Part shown: positions 32,180 through 42,312 of the stretch, in pieces
Position numbering within the stretch: position 1 is the stretch's first letter
How the letters are laid out: each line of letters starts with the position of its first letter
Made by a program: the position numbers and the translations under genes
Assembly: GCA_965217895.1 (NCBI GenBank)
Contig: CBDCJV010000002.1
Location: 512,001-576,000, forward strand
DNA: 64,000 nucleotides
Reading direction: 5' to 3'
From: Waterburya sp.
GTDB lineage: Bacteria > Cyanobacteriota > Cyanobacteriia > Cyanobacteriales > Xenococcaceae
The notes under the pieces: generated by a model
The model's database searches: none
What the model saw: the letters and a program-made list of their open reading frames with translations, nothing else
Told to the model about the DNA's origin: nothing

Positions 32180-34223
32180 TATTTTGCCTGGTCAAAGTTT
32201 CCCCCTCGGTGCTACTGTCTACCCCGATGGAGTCAACTTCAGCATCTTTTCTAAAAATGCCGAGGTCATGGAATTGCTTTTATTTGATGCACCTGCTTCA
32301 AAACCGACTCGTGTAATTCAATTAAACTCTCAAGCGCACAGAACCTACTACTACTGGCATATATTTGTCCCAGATATCAAAGCAGGACAGATATATGCTT
32401 ACCGAGCTTATGGTCCTTTTGCCCCAGAAAGAGGCTATCGTTTTGACGGTACAAAGGTATTACTAGACCCTTACGCCCGTGCGGTAATCGATGATAGCTA
32501 TAGTCGCCAAGCGGCGATCGCTCCTGGAGATAATTGCGATCGCGCCCTCAAAGGAGTTGTGGTCAATCCGAGTGATTATAACTGGGAGGGAGACAAGCCT
32601 CCAAATATTCCCTATGCTGCTACGGTTATCTACGAACTGCACGTTCGCGGTTTTACCCGTCATCCTAATTCTGGTGTGACTCCCGTTAAACGAGGTACTT
32701 ATGTAGGACTAATCGAGAAGATTCCTTACCTCAAAGACTTGGGCATAACTGCCGTAGAATTAATGCCCGTGCAGCAGTTTGACGAACAGGGTGCGCCGTC
32801 ATTCTTAACGAACTATTGGGGTTACAGTCCCGTAGCCTTGTTTGCACCCCATCGGGGATATAGTTCTCAATCAGACCCTTTGGGAGTCGTCAATGAATTT
32901 CGCGATCTCGTCAAGGCACTACACCAAGCAGGAATTGAAGTAATTCTCGATGTCGTTTTTAATCATACAGATGAGAGCGATCGCAATGGACCAACTCTTT
33001 CCTTTCGGGGATTGGAAAACCCCGCTTACTATATTTTAGAAGCTAACAAAGCCAACTACGCTAACTATAGCGGTTGTGGCAATACCTTTAATGGCAATCA
33101 CTCCGTCGTGCGTCACCTGATTCTCGACTGCTTGCGTTATTGGGTGAGCGAGATGCACGTTGATGGTTTTCGTTTCGATCTTGCTTCAGTGCTGTCCCGT
33201 GATGAATCTGGTAAACCTTTAGAAAATCCGCCAATACTGTGGTCGATTGAATCCGATCCAGTCTTAGCAGGAACTAAAATTATTGCCGAAGCTTGGGATG
33301 CGGGGGGACTCTATCAGGTTGGCACGTTTATTGGCGATCGCTTTTGTCAGTGGAATGGCCCTTTTCGCGATGACGTGCGCCGTTTTGTCAAAGGTGACTC
33401 TGGTACAGTTAGGACTTTAGCTGCGAGGATTATGGGCAGTCCTGATGTTTATCCCCAGGGCGATCGCGACCCCAACCGCAGCATCAATTTTGTCACCTGC
33501 CACGATGGCTTTACCCTCAATGATTTGGTTTCTTATAACAGCAAACATAACGAGGCTAACGGTGAAGATAATCGCGATGGTGCTAATGATAACTATAGCT
33601 GGAACTGCGGTGAAGAAGGAAAAACAGATAATTTAGCCATAGAAGCACTCCGCCAACGGCAGATTAAAAACTTTTTAACTATCTTATTTCTAGCTCAAGG
33701 TACACCCATGTTACTGATGGGAGATGAAGTAAGGCGATCGCAACAGGGTAATAATAATGCTTATTGTCAAAATAACGAGTTGAGTTGGTTTGACTGGGGC
33801 AATTTAGATAAGTATGCAGATTTGCGACATTTTACTCAGTGTCTGATTGATTTTACTCAGGCAAAAGCCATTTTTCGCCAGGAGAAAATCTTAGCTACCA
33901 CAACGACAACCAAAGCACCGCAAATTATTTGGCATGGTATTCATTTGGGACAGCCAGACTGGGGAGATGATTCCCATAGTCTTGCTTTTTCCCTGCATCA
34001 TCCTGAGTGTAACGAGCATCTGCACGTTATGCTCAATGCCTATTGGCGATCGCTTACTTTCGATTTACCACCCCCGCGACAGCCAGGAAACTGTTGGCAT
34101 CGAATTGTCGATACGGCATTGCCAACATCTGAGAGTTTTTGCTCTCTTGAAGCTGCTTCGCCTATTAAAGAAGGTAAATACGAGGTAGCAGCACGTTCGT
34201 CTGTAGTACTAATGGCGCGATAA
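32169..34223 (+). CDS. glgX: Glycogen debranching enzyme (isoamylase)
   Basis: G.SFPLGAT, NYWGY, DVVFNHT, DGFRFDLA, AEAWD, TCHDGFTL. Confidence 0.96.
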   Translation: MNPDILPGQSFPLGATVYPDGVNFSIFSKNAEVMELLLFDAPASKPTRVIQLNSQAHRTYYYWHIFVPDIKAGQIYAYRAYGPFAPERGYRFDGTKVLLDPYARAVIDDSYSRQAAIAPGDNCDRALKGVVVNPSDYNWEGDKPPNIPYAATVIYELHVRGFTRHPNSGVTPVKRGTYVGLIEKIPYLKDLGITAVELMPVQQFDEQGAPSFLTNYWGYSPVALFAPHRGYSSQSDPLGVVNEFRDLVKALHQAGIEVILDVVFNHTDESDRNGPTLSFRGLENPAYYILEANKANYANYSGCGNTFNGNHSVVRHLILDCLRYWVSEMHVDGFRFDLASVLSRDESGKPLENPPILWSIESDPVLAGTKIIAEAWDAGGLYQVGTFIGDRFCQWNGPFRDDVRRFVKGDSGTVRTLAARIMGSPDVYPQGDRDPNRSINFVTCHDGFTLNDLVSYNSKHNEANGEDNRDGANDNYSWNCGEEGKTDNLAIEALRQRQIKNFLTILFLAQGTPMLLMGDEVRRSQQGNNNAYCQNNELSWFDWGNLDKYADLRHFTQCLIDFTQAKAIFRQEKILATTTTTKAPQIIWHGIHLGQPDWGDDSHSLAFSLHHPECNEHLHVMLNAYWRSLTFDLPPPRQPGNCWHRIVDTALPTSESFCSLEAASPIKEGKYEVAARSSVVLMAR

Positions 34224-34252
34224 AAAAAGAGAGCCAGACAGAAAACGATTTT

Positions 34253-34270
34253 TCCTCACAACCTGCTCAA
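34253..34270 (+). promoter_or_regulatory. Island direct-repeat box upstream of the DUF3122-ATPase pair
   Basis: TCCTCACAACCTGCTCAA-N10-TAAGCT. Confidence 0.7.
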
Positions 34271-34359
34271 ATTGTTATTGTAAGCTGCCATTGTCAAAGA
34301 AACTCAAGTTTAAAACGAATGAGCTTTTTTGAACTTCGCCAATCAAGGAGATAAAAGCA

Positions 34360-34875
34360 ATGTGGTGTCGAATTTGCAAATTTTTATCTAAGTTTATTTT
34401 GGCTGGTACATTAATCCTGCTTATTTTTCTAGGTTTAGATAATTTCACTACTCAACCAGCTTTAGCTTCGATCCGCGAAATGCAAGAAGCACCAGGACAA
34501 AAATTAATTCAATCTCGACATACTTTTAAAGACGAAAAAGGTATCTCTTGGCAGATAGTGCTATTCAAACGCTTCTTCGCCGATGATTCAAGCATTATTA
34601 ATTTGAGATTAGTAGATTTTTCTGGGTTAGCAGAGTTGGTTCACCCTCAAGCTTTAGAAATTACTACTGATACTAGGGATGTATTTAAGGCGGAGGACTT
34701 GTTTGCTGAAAAATCTCCTGCTGCCAATGTGGGCGAGTTTGATGTCAAAAACATCTTGTCTCAGTTGCCCATAACTAGATTGAATCTATCTTTTGCCATA
34801 AAAGATCGCTCGATTGAGCTATCAATTCCGCCTGAAGTGTTATTAGAGTGGCAAAGCGTCGCTGCTCAAAGCTAG
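34360..34875 (+). CDS. DUF3122-like exported protein
   Basis: Signal peptide (PALA); QSR.T.KD....WQ.VLFKR...LRLV.F...HP..L.. Confidence 0.7.
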   Translation: MWCRICKFLSKFILAGTLILLIFLGLDNFTTQPALASIREMQEAPGQKLIQSRHTFKDEKGISWQIVLFKRFFADDSSIINLRLVDFSGLAELVHPQALEITTDTRDVFKAEDLFAEKSPAANVGEFDVKNILSQLPITRLNLSFAIKDRSIELSIPPEVLLEWQSVAAQS

Positions 34876-34941
34876 CGGTTTTCTTGTCATTAGAATACTG
34901 AACCTTAAGTATTCTAATTATTACACTACCTTGACTCTACA

Positions 34942-37866
34942 ATGAATACAAAATACTTCCAAAATAAAAAATTATCGGAAAATTCTCGATCGGGAGTTTT
35001 CACCCAGGACTCTTTAGATCGACAATGGGAACGCCTGTCTGTGTCAGAGGTAGTTGCTGCTTTTAAAAGTAATTTAACCGCAGGACTAACCCAACCCGAA
35101 GTAGCCGAGCGTCAAGAACGTTTTGGTGCTAATCAATTAACTCCCCAAAAGAAGACCAGTGCTTGGATGCGATTTTTACAACAGTTTAATCAACCGTTGT
35201 TGTATATTTTAATCGGGGCGGGGCTAGTCACCCTATTACTGCAAGAGTGGGTGGATGCTGGAGTAATCTTTGGCGTTGTTTTAATTAATGCGATCGTCGG
35301 CTATATCCAAGAAGCTAAAGCAGAGAAGGCAATGGAAGCCCTGGCTAAGTCGATGGTAACTAAGACAAGAGTAATTCGCGATCGCACTTCTTCGCGACTA
35401 GCTTCGAGTTCACTCGTACCTGGAGATATTGTTTGCCTGGAAGCTGGAGATAAAGTGCCAGCCGATTTGCGGTTGCTTCAGTGCAAACATTTGCAAATCA
35501 ACGAGTCTACCCTCACAGGAGAATCTGTGCCAGTTGATAAAGATACTAAACCCCTAGAAGAAGAAACCTCCCTGGGCGATCGCCTTAATATGGCTTATGC
35601 GGGTACTATTGTCACCGCAGGGCAAGGACGGGGAATTGTAGTGGCGATCGCCGAAGCCACCGAAACGGGTAAAATCTCTACCCTCATGGAGCAACAAACC
35701 AACCTAACTTCTCCCATCGTGCGGAAATTAGAGAAGTTTAGCTGGCAACTGCTGTATGTTTTCCTCGGATTAGCCACACTAATTATTGTCGTCGGATTGG
35801 GGCAAGGAAAATCTTGGATAGAAATGTTTCAGACTGCCGTGGCTTTAGCGGTTAGTGGAATCCCCGAACAACTTCCCCCGTTAGTAACCATTATTCTTGC
35901 CATTGGGGTTTCTCGCATGGCTAGCCGTCATGCCATTGTTCGTAAACTGCCAGCCGTAGAAACCTTGGGGAGTGCCACAGTTATTTGCTCTGATAAAACG
36001 GGGACGCTCACCGAAAACCAAATGACCGTTGAGGCTATTTATGCAGGGGGTCAGCACTATCGAGTTACGGGGACAGGCTATAGCGTTGAGGGTGAAATTT
36101 TACAGGATAACCAGTCGATTGTGCTTGAAGCAGATCGAGGGCTAAGGTCGTGTTTGCAGTGCGGATTGCTGTGTAATGACTCTCATCTTAAAGAACATAA
36201 TGGGCAATTGACAGTTGAGGGAGATCCGACTGAGGGGGCAATGATTGTCGTTACCGAGAAAGCCCGAATGCACCGCGCTACTCTAGAACGGAAATTACCG
36301 CGAATAGATGTGATTCCCTTTGCCTCGGAACATCAGTATATGGCAACTCTTCATCAAAACCCAAGGGGAGGCAGAATCATTTACGTTAAAGGCTCTACTG
36401 AAGCCATTCTCAGTCGCTGCGATTTGGGCGAAGGTAATGGAAGATCTGCGGTTGAGGCGCAAGCGATTGAATCTATAGCCGAACAGATGGCTGGACGAGG
36501 ATTGCGGGTGCTAGCTTTAGCCAGAAAGTCCGTTGACTCTCAGCTTGATTCTTTATCACGAAAACAGATCGATTGCGGTTTAACTTTTTTAGGTTTGCAA
36601 GGAATGATCGACCCGCCTCGGCAAGAGGCTGTTCGGGCTGTAAAAGCCTGTCAGACTGCGGGAATTGGGGTCAAGATGATAACTGGCGACCATGCCGTAA
36701 CTGCTAGTGCGATCGCCCATATGCTGAACTTAAGCCAAGGAGAGATACAGGCACTCTCAGGCAAAAGCTTAGAGCAGATGAGCGATCAAGAATTAAACAA
36801 TGCTGTAGAAGACACTATGGTATTTGCAAGAGTCGCACCGAAGCAAAAACTGCGCTTAATTGAGACACTGCAAGCCAAAGGCGAAATTGTAGCGATGACG
36901 GGAGATGGAGTGAATGATGCTCCAGCCCTGAAACAAGCCGATATTGGCATCGCTATGGGCAAAAGTGGTACGGAAGTAGCCAAGGAAGCTGCTGATATTA
37001 TTTTAACCGATGACAATTTTGCTTCCATTGAAGCTGCGGTGGAAGAAGGGCGAACGGTTTATTTTAATCTGCGAAAGGCGATCGCTTTTGTTCTCCCAGT
37101 CAATGGAGGAGAGGCACTAACGATTTTAGCGGGGGTACTCTTAGGAACCGTACTGCCAATTTTGCCCCTGCAAATCCTCTGGATAAATATGGTCAGTTCC
37201 TCTTCTCTGTCAATTCCCTTAGCTTTTGAACCACAGCCAAAAAACCTAATGCGATCGCCACCCCGTCAGCCCAATGAACCCCTGCTTACGAGTAGTATAC
37301 TCTGGCGGATAGTGGTTATTTCCTTATTTAATTGGGCAGCTACCTTTGGCATATTTGAATGGGTAGTAGCGAGTACAGGAGAAGAAGCTCTCGCCCGTAC
37401 TATGGCGGTGCAAACTTTAGTAGCAGCAGAAATTTTTTATTTACTCTGTATCAGTCGCTTTATCCCTTCTCTCTTTGCCAAGATACGCGATCGACGAGAA
37501 GCGATACAGCGCGGTCTTGCGAGAAAGGACTTGTCCGCATCTGAGTCCGTTGTGGAGGTTCTCTCCGTTGAAGAAACTGTCGAGGGCGGGGGTTTCCCCC
37601 ATGAGCGACACAGAGGCTTCGCCTCAGAGCCTTCTGCGAAGGCGATGGCGCAAAAAAGCGCCGTTCAAGAATCATTCGCTTATGCCCCTGGAATCGGGAT
37701 TATCTGTATTGTAGTTTTACAAATACTCTTCAGCCAGTTATCCGTGATGAACGCTTTATTTGAAACTGTTCCCCTCAGTTTAACCCAATGGGTGATATGT
37801 CTGGGCGCAGGCTTACCTGTAGTGATTTTCGCCTTGCTGTTAAAACGCTTTAAGCCCCTAAGTTAA
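34942..37866 (+). CDS. Cation-transporting P-type ATPase (P2-type) with a 57-aa in-frame insertion
   Basis: [22 protein letters not shown]; insertion at 37506-37676. Confidence 0.92.
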   Translation: MNTKYFQNKKLSENSRSGVFTQDSLDRQWERLSVSEVVAAFKSNLTAGLTQPEVAERQERFGANQLTPQKKTSAWMRFLQQFNQPLLYILIGAGLVTLLLQEWVDAGVIFGVVLINAIVGYIQEAKAEKAMEALAKSMVTKTRVIRDRTSSRLASSSLVPGDIVCLEAGDKVPADLRLLQCKHLQINESTLTGESVPVDKDTKPLEEETSLGDRLNMAYAGTIVTAGQGRGIVVAIAEATETGKISTLMEQQTNLTSPIVRKLEKFSWQLLYVFLGLATLIIVVGLGQGKSWIEMFQTAVALAVSGIPEQLPPLVTIILAIGVSRMASRHAIVRKLPAVETLGSATVICSDKTGTLTENQMTVEAIYAGGQHYRVTGTGYSVEGEILQDNQSIVLEADRGLRSCLQCGLLCNDSHLKEHNGQLTVEGDPTEGAMIVVTEKARMHRATLERKLPRIDVIPFASEHQYMATLHQNPRGGRIIYVKGSTEAILSRCDLGEGNGRSAVEAQAIESIAEQMAGRGLRVLALARKSVDSQLDSLSRKQIDCGLTFLGLQGMIDPPRQEAVRAVKACQTAGIGVKMITGDHAVTASAIAHMLNLSQGEIQALSGKSLEQMSDQELNNAVEDTMVFARVAPKQKLRLIETLQAKGEIVAMTGDGVNDAPALKQADIGIAMGKSGTEVAKEAADIILTDDNFASIEAAVEEGRTVYFNLRKAIAFVLPVNGGEALTILAGVLLGTVLPILPLQILWINMVSSSSLSIPLAFEPQPKNLMRSPPRQPNEPLLTSSILWRIVVISLFNWAATFGIFEWVVASTGEEALARTMAVQTLVAAEIFYLLCISRFIPSLFAKIRDRREAIQRGLARKDLSASESVVEVLSVEETVEGGGFPHERHRGFASEPSAKAMAQKSAVQESFAYAPGIGIICIVVLQILFSQLSVMNALFETVPLSLTQWVICLGAGLPVVIFALLLKRFKPLS

Positions 37867-38114
37867 ATTCACCTGTTTAGTTGCTTGTTGACAAAGTAAC
37901 TTGGCAAACCATCACACTGATAATAATAGACTTCTTGCAATTTTTGATACAAAAGAATAGTCACAAATTATCTCGATTGCCGTAGCGCAAAGCGTCCTAG
38001 TCCTAAAGAATCCCTAAAGGATACTATATCCGTAGGTGTATCCTTTAGGACACCTTCGGACACTAAACCTATGCGCATAAATAATAAATTAGTCTTTATT
38101 ACCTATTACCTTTT

Positions 38115-38388
38115 GGTGATAAGTTTAGAAAAAATGATTATAGTCAACTACTACATATAGTGACTTTAATTTTAGCAAACACCAAATATGGATTAAAGCC
38201 AATTTCATTGGCGATCGCCACGGTAGGAATTAGAGTTTATGAAAATACTTCAAAAGCTAAGAGCGCACAAAGCGGAGCTTTGAAAGCGTCGCTAGACGCG
38301 ACTTCGCCCCTTCAGGGCATGCAGCTGATAGCTAAGAGCTTTCATACCATTTGACAAACAACGTAGTCCCTTAACTTGTCACGAATGC
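38115..38388. mobile_element. MITE family A copy, nested inside a family B element
   Basis: Aligns with the reverse complement of 44956-45210; ends GGTGATAAGTTTAG ... CTTAACTTGTCACGAATGC. Confidence 0.75.
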
Positions 38389-38426
38389 TTATTACCTTTT
38401 GGCAAAGTAGTCAGCGAGCGGATCTT

Positions 38427-38444
38427 TCCTCATAAATCCCTCAA
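38427..38444 (+). promoter_or_regulatory. Island direct-repeat box upstream of HPF/RaiA
   Basis: TCCTCATAAATCCCTCAA-N10-TATTTT. Confidence 0.8.
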
Positions 38445-38518
38445 ATTTTTACCTTATTTTTAAGTTATGGCTAAATAACTAGCTTTCAAAATCAATTACA
38501 TTGAGGAGAAGAAAAAAT

Positions 38519-38842
38519 ATGCAAGTTCCCCTACAAATTACCTTTCGCAATCTTCCTCACTCAGATGCGATCGCCGATAAAATCAAGCGACAGTTTATCA
38601 AACTACAGCGTTTTAGCGATCGTATTATTAGATGTCAGGCGGTAGTAGAAATTCCTTATCACCATCATCATAAAGGGAATCCATATCACATCAGAATTAA
38701 TCTAACTTTGCCTGGTGAAGAATTGGTTGTTAATCAAGATGCTTCAGATAGATCTCCTGAAAATGCTTATATTGCAATTCGCGATGCTTTTAATGCTGCA
38801 CGGCGAGAATTAAAGGAATATAGTATGCTTCAAAAGCTCTAA
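38519..38842 (+). CDS. HPF/RaiA-family ribosome hibernation protein
   Basis: MQVPLQITFRN...SDAI...I....KL.RF...I..C..VVE.P..H..G..Y.IRI.L.LPG.EL...AIRDAF.AARR.L. Confidence 0.85.
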   Translation: MQVPLQITFRNLPHSDAIADKIKRQFIKLQRFSDRIIRCQAVVEIPYHHHHKGNPYHIRINLTLPGEELVVNQDASDRSPENAYIAIRDAFNAARRELKEYSMLQKL

Positions 38843-38919
38843 TTTTCTTGGCTTTACACAATAGACTCCTGCTGGAGATATTTACAATTGACCAAAGGTT
38901 AGGCAAGCCCTGTATCACA

Positions 38920-39060
38920 ACGCATTCCCTTGCGCCTATCGGCGACGCGGTGAGACAGTTGCGTTGCGGGGGGTCCCCCCGTTGAGGTTATTGTCGAGGG
39001 TGAGCAAACTGTTGAACCCTTTAGGGGGTCGTTGCTCCGTTTTACGGCGGAGAGCCCGAC
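38920..39060. repeat. Cluster of GC-rich small dispersed hairpin repeats
   Basis: Segments shared with 1869-1890, 51005-51100, 56819-56888 and 37519-37588. Confidence 0.7.
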
Positions 39061-39139
39061 CTTTTCAGCAGAAATATTTTTTCATAAATAAATTTGTTTT
39101 GACCCCCAAATTTTAACTCCACAAACAACCATTATCAAT

Positions 39140-39571
39140 TTGATGTCGGGTCTATACCTAAATTATGAGGTACTTAAAATGGACTTTGAGAATGTTGTTC
39201 TCAACAATCATGATTTTGATATTCAAACTTTCTCTCTAGAGAACTCGAATACGAAAATAGCGATCGATACAGAATCAAAAGTTGTTCTTCCTTCAGTAAA
39301 TCAACCTGTCAGCTCTATTGATATCTTTTTTATCTGGATCGCTATTCTTAGCATAACTAGCTCGTTCTTGTATGAACTTATTAAAAAGCTAGAAATAATA
39401 GAAATCAAAGATAAATTTGTCTCCCCTTCTTTCCAAACTCCTTGTAGAAACTGTCAGTTCTATGATAGAAACCCATACCTTAAATGTGCAGTGCATCCAA
39501 ATCGAGTTTTTACTAAACAAGCTATTAATTGTGTTGACTACTGCAATAAAGACCAACACTACAAGTCTTAG
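39140..39571 (+). CDS. Single-TM protein with Cys/His-rich C-terminus; paralog of 24868..25239
   Basis: PCRNCQF...NPYLKCAVHP..VFTKQAINCVDYC; true start probably MDFE at 39179. Confidence 0.75.
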   Translation: MMSGLYLNYEVLKMDFENVVLNNHDFDIQTFSLENSNTKIAIDTESKVVLPSVNQPVSSIDIFFIWIAILSITSSFLYELIKKLEIIEIKDKFVSPSFQTPCRNCQFYDRNPYLKCAVHPNRVFTKQAINCVDYCNKDQHYKS

Positions 39572-39830
39572 ATTAAAGGTCTGAAATAGTTTTTAGCCTT
39601 TAGCTGCCAATTAGATAATAATGTTGATGATTAAATAGATTTTTTTGATAATTGTTGCTCTATCAGTGTTGTCAGCGCATTTGGCAACTCTTTAACCCTC
39701 AAACGATCAATCTTTCATGAAAGATTGAAATAATAGCCGATCTTAATTTAATCGGTATCAATACGAGATTTATAAAGGTTGATGTGCTGAAGGCGATCGA
39801 CAGATCGAGCTATAACCCCAAATTATTTAG

Positions 39831-39848
39831 GCTTCATAACTTCCTCAA
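39831..39848 (+). promoter_or_regulatory. Island direct-repeat box upstream of the Na+/H+ antiporter
   Basis: GCTTCATAACTTCCTCAA-N10-TATGGT. Confidence 0.75.
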
Positions 39849-39976
39849 ATTATAAATCTATGGTTTTAAGTGAAGGATTAATTATTAATTGTTTCGACAA
39901 ATATAACAATAAAGGAGTTTTAACGATGCGTCGATTAATATCAATTATTTTAAAGACTAAATCACCAACGCTTTAA

Positions 39977-41521
39977 ATGGATGTTTCTTCTTTAGTCCAA
40001 ATTCTCGTCATCCTTTTGCTCGTTGCTACTGGCGTAGGTCTTTTGTCACGATGGTTGCAAATTCCTTATGTCACGGGGTTAGTTTTGGCAGGTTTACCGA
40101 TTACTGAGATCTTGTCTCGTCGTATTGGTTTAGAACCTTCTTTGGTCTTGAATCTTTTTCTGCCAATTCTAATTTTTGAAGCTGCTATTAATACAGATAT
40201 TAGTCGCTTACGAAGCACGTTTAAACCAATTGCACTTCTGGCTGTACCTGGAACAGTGTTTTCCTTCGCTGTTATCGCTGTTTTGCTGAAATATGGATTG
40301 GGAATGAGCTGGATTCCCTCACTGCTTATCGGAACGTGTCTGGCAAATACGGATACGGTATCGATAATAGCTGTTTTTAAGCAAATATCTGTCCCTTCAA
40401 GGCTCTCTACCATTGTTGAAGGAGAAACTTTGTTTAACGATGCTGCTGCCTTAGTTTTGTTTAACCTAGTTTTGACGGTATATCAAACAGGTTCGCTCAC
40501 GTTTTTCGAGGGAGTAAAGGAACTGTTATTTGTTGCTCTAGGGGGCAGTGTCGTCGGGTTAGTCTTAGGCTACTTGAGCCTACCTATATTTAATCGTTTA
40601 GACGATCCTCTTAGTAGTCTATTACTAACGGTTGCAGTGTCATTAGGAACTTTTCAGGTAGGGCAGTTTCTCGGTGTATCGGGGGCTGTAGCTGTAGTTA
40701 TGGCTGGATTAATTTTCGGGAATCTGGGGCTTTCTCAGACTACTTCGGCTTCCGATCGGCTCGTACTGTTGAGTTTCTGGGAATATGCTAGCTTTGGTGT
40801 CAATACCTTCATTTTCCTGCTAATTGGCATAGAAATTATGCCTATGGAGCTTTGGAACATTTTGCCAGCGATTCTGTTTGTCGTTCTGGCTTATCAACTA
40901 GCACGAGTTCTTTCAGTCTATCTGCTATTATTAGGGCTACGCTGGTTCGATCGCCCAATCCCCCTACGCTGGCAGCACGTTCTGTTTTTAGGTAACATCA
41001 AAGGCTCGCTTTCCATGGCATTGGCTCTCAGCCTTCCTCTGGCTTTACCAGGACGAGAAGAAATCATTACTTTGGTTTTTGGTGCAGTATTTTTTTCTCT
41101 GGTAGGACAGGGACTAAGCTTACCTTGGCTAGTTAAACGGCTGAAATTATTTAACTTTTCTCCATTCCATCAACAGATTCAAGAATGGCAAGCCCAGTTG
41201 ATGACGGCAAAAGCAGCCCAAGATGAATTAGACAGTCTCCTCAAGTCAGGAGTGTTGCCCAAGGCTGTCTATGAAGAAATGCGCTCGACTTATCAGGTAC
41301 GAGTAGTAGGGGCAGAAAAGGCATTACGCAACATTTATAATACCCGTTCGGAACGCGCCAGTAACAATTTAACTAAACTTGATGCTATTTATCGTCGCTT
41401 ACTGTTAGCAGAGAAAATAGCACTCAACGAGGCGATGCAGAAACGAATCCTTTCCGAAACAATTGTGCGATCGCTTTTGCAAACTATTGACGAACAGTTG
41501 TTAAGGTTAGAAGATGATTAG
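39977..41521 (+). CDS. CPA1/NhaP-type Na+/H+ antiporter
   Basis: FLPILIFEAA, TDTVS, EGETLFND, FWEY, KGSLS.AL. Confidence 0.92.
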   Translation: MDVSSLVQILVILLLVATGVGLLSRWLQIPYVTGLVLAGLPITEILSRRIGLEPSLVLNLFLPILIFEAAINTDISRLRSTFKPIALLAVPGTVFSFAVIAVLLKYGLGMSWIPSLLIGTCLANTDTVSIIAVFKQISVPSRLSTIVEGETLFNDAAALVLFNLVLTVYQTGSLTFFEGVKELLFVALGGSVVGLVLGYLSLPIFNRLDDPLSSLLLTVAVSLGTFQVGQFLGVSGAVAVVMAGLIFGNLGLSQTTSASDRLVLLSFWEYASFGVNTFIFLLIGIEIMPMELWNILPAILFVVLAYQLARVLSVYLLLLGLRWFDRPIPLRWQHVLFLGNIKGSLSMALALSLPLALPGREEIITLVFGAVFFSLVGQGLSLPWLVKRLKLFNFSPFHQQIQEWQAQLMTAKAAQDELDSLLKSGVLPKAVYEEMRSTYQVRVVGAEKALRNIYNTRSERASNNLTKLDAIYRRLLLAEKIALNEAMQKRILSETIVRSLLQTIDEQLLRLEDD

Positions 41522-41539
41522 CGCTCGAGGAAAAACTGG

Positions 41540-41766
41540 GTACACCAACTGACTATTAGTTACCGTCGCTCTAGGTTTAAACACATGCGGGGAGTACCCC
41601 TTTGTTGCCCTTCAAAGGCGACTTTACGTTAGCTGTTAGCCTTCAATTAAAAACCTGCGTAGCTATAAACCAACTGCTTTGCGCCACATCCGAAGGTAAG
41701 CTAAGAGCTAATAGCTAAGAGCTAATAGCTTGAATCACCGATCCTTTTAGGGCGGTGAGGAGTCAA
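41540..41766 (+). mobile_element. Possible IS200/IS605 right-end remnant
   Basis: Ends GAATCACCGATCCTTTTAGGGCGGTGAGGAGTCAA: subterminal hairpin plus TCAA terminus typical of tnpB-carrying elements; left boundary uncertain. Confidence 0.5.
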
Positions 41767-42310
41767 TCCGACTTTTAATCACTTTACCAGGACTGACAAA
41801 AGAAATTCCTTGTTGATAACCACTACCAATCATAACTGCCTCAATTATAGGTTCGCTCACGGTTGTTTGGGCGACCCACTCGACAATAAATTTGGCTCCC
41901 GAACCGCCACTGTTATCAGTGGTATTGACAAAAAAATCTGTAGAACCTAAAGCAGCAATCTCAATAGGATTCTCTAGATAATTTCTAACTAACTTACCGT
42001 TCTCGTCATAATATCGTACAGAAGTAATAACGATCGCCTTGTTAAGATCGGTATTGCGAAGACTGAGAGTAGCAGCTAAATCGAAAGTCTTTTTTTCATC
42101 CTGATGATAAATGTGGGAGTAGACGGTGACATAAATAGTTTGTCCCATTGCTACTTGGAAATTTTCATCCAAAGCAATTATTTTTTGAGACTGATTTAGG
42201 CGATCGCCATTATCTCGTAACTGCGATGGATTCTCTTCTGGGGTGCAGGATATAAGTAAAAAAGCAGCAACTACCAAATTTAAAAGTCTACATAACTTCA
42301 TCTTAATCAT
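41747..42310 (-). CDS. DUF3124-like lipoprotein
   Basis: Lipobox LISC; GQTIYV.VYSHIY, ATLSLRNTD, GGSGA.FIVEW, PIIEAVMI. Confidence 0.85.
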   Translation of the reverse strand: MIKMKLCRLLNLVVAAFLLISCTPEENPSQLRDNGDRLNQSQKIIALDENFQVAMGQTIYVTVYSHIYHQDEKKTFDLAATLSLRNTDLNKAIVITSVRYYDENGKLVRNYLENPIEIAALGSTDFFVNTTDNSGGSGAKFIVEWVAQTTVSEPIIEAVMIGSGYQQGISFVSPGKVIKSRIDSSPP

Positions 42311-42312
42311 TT

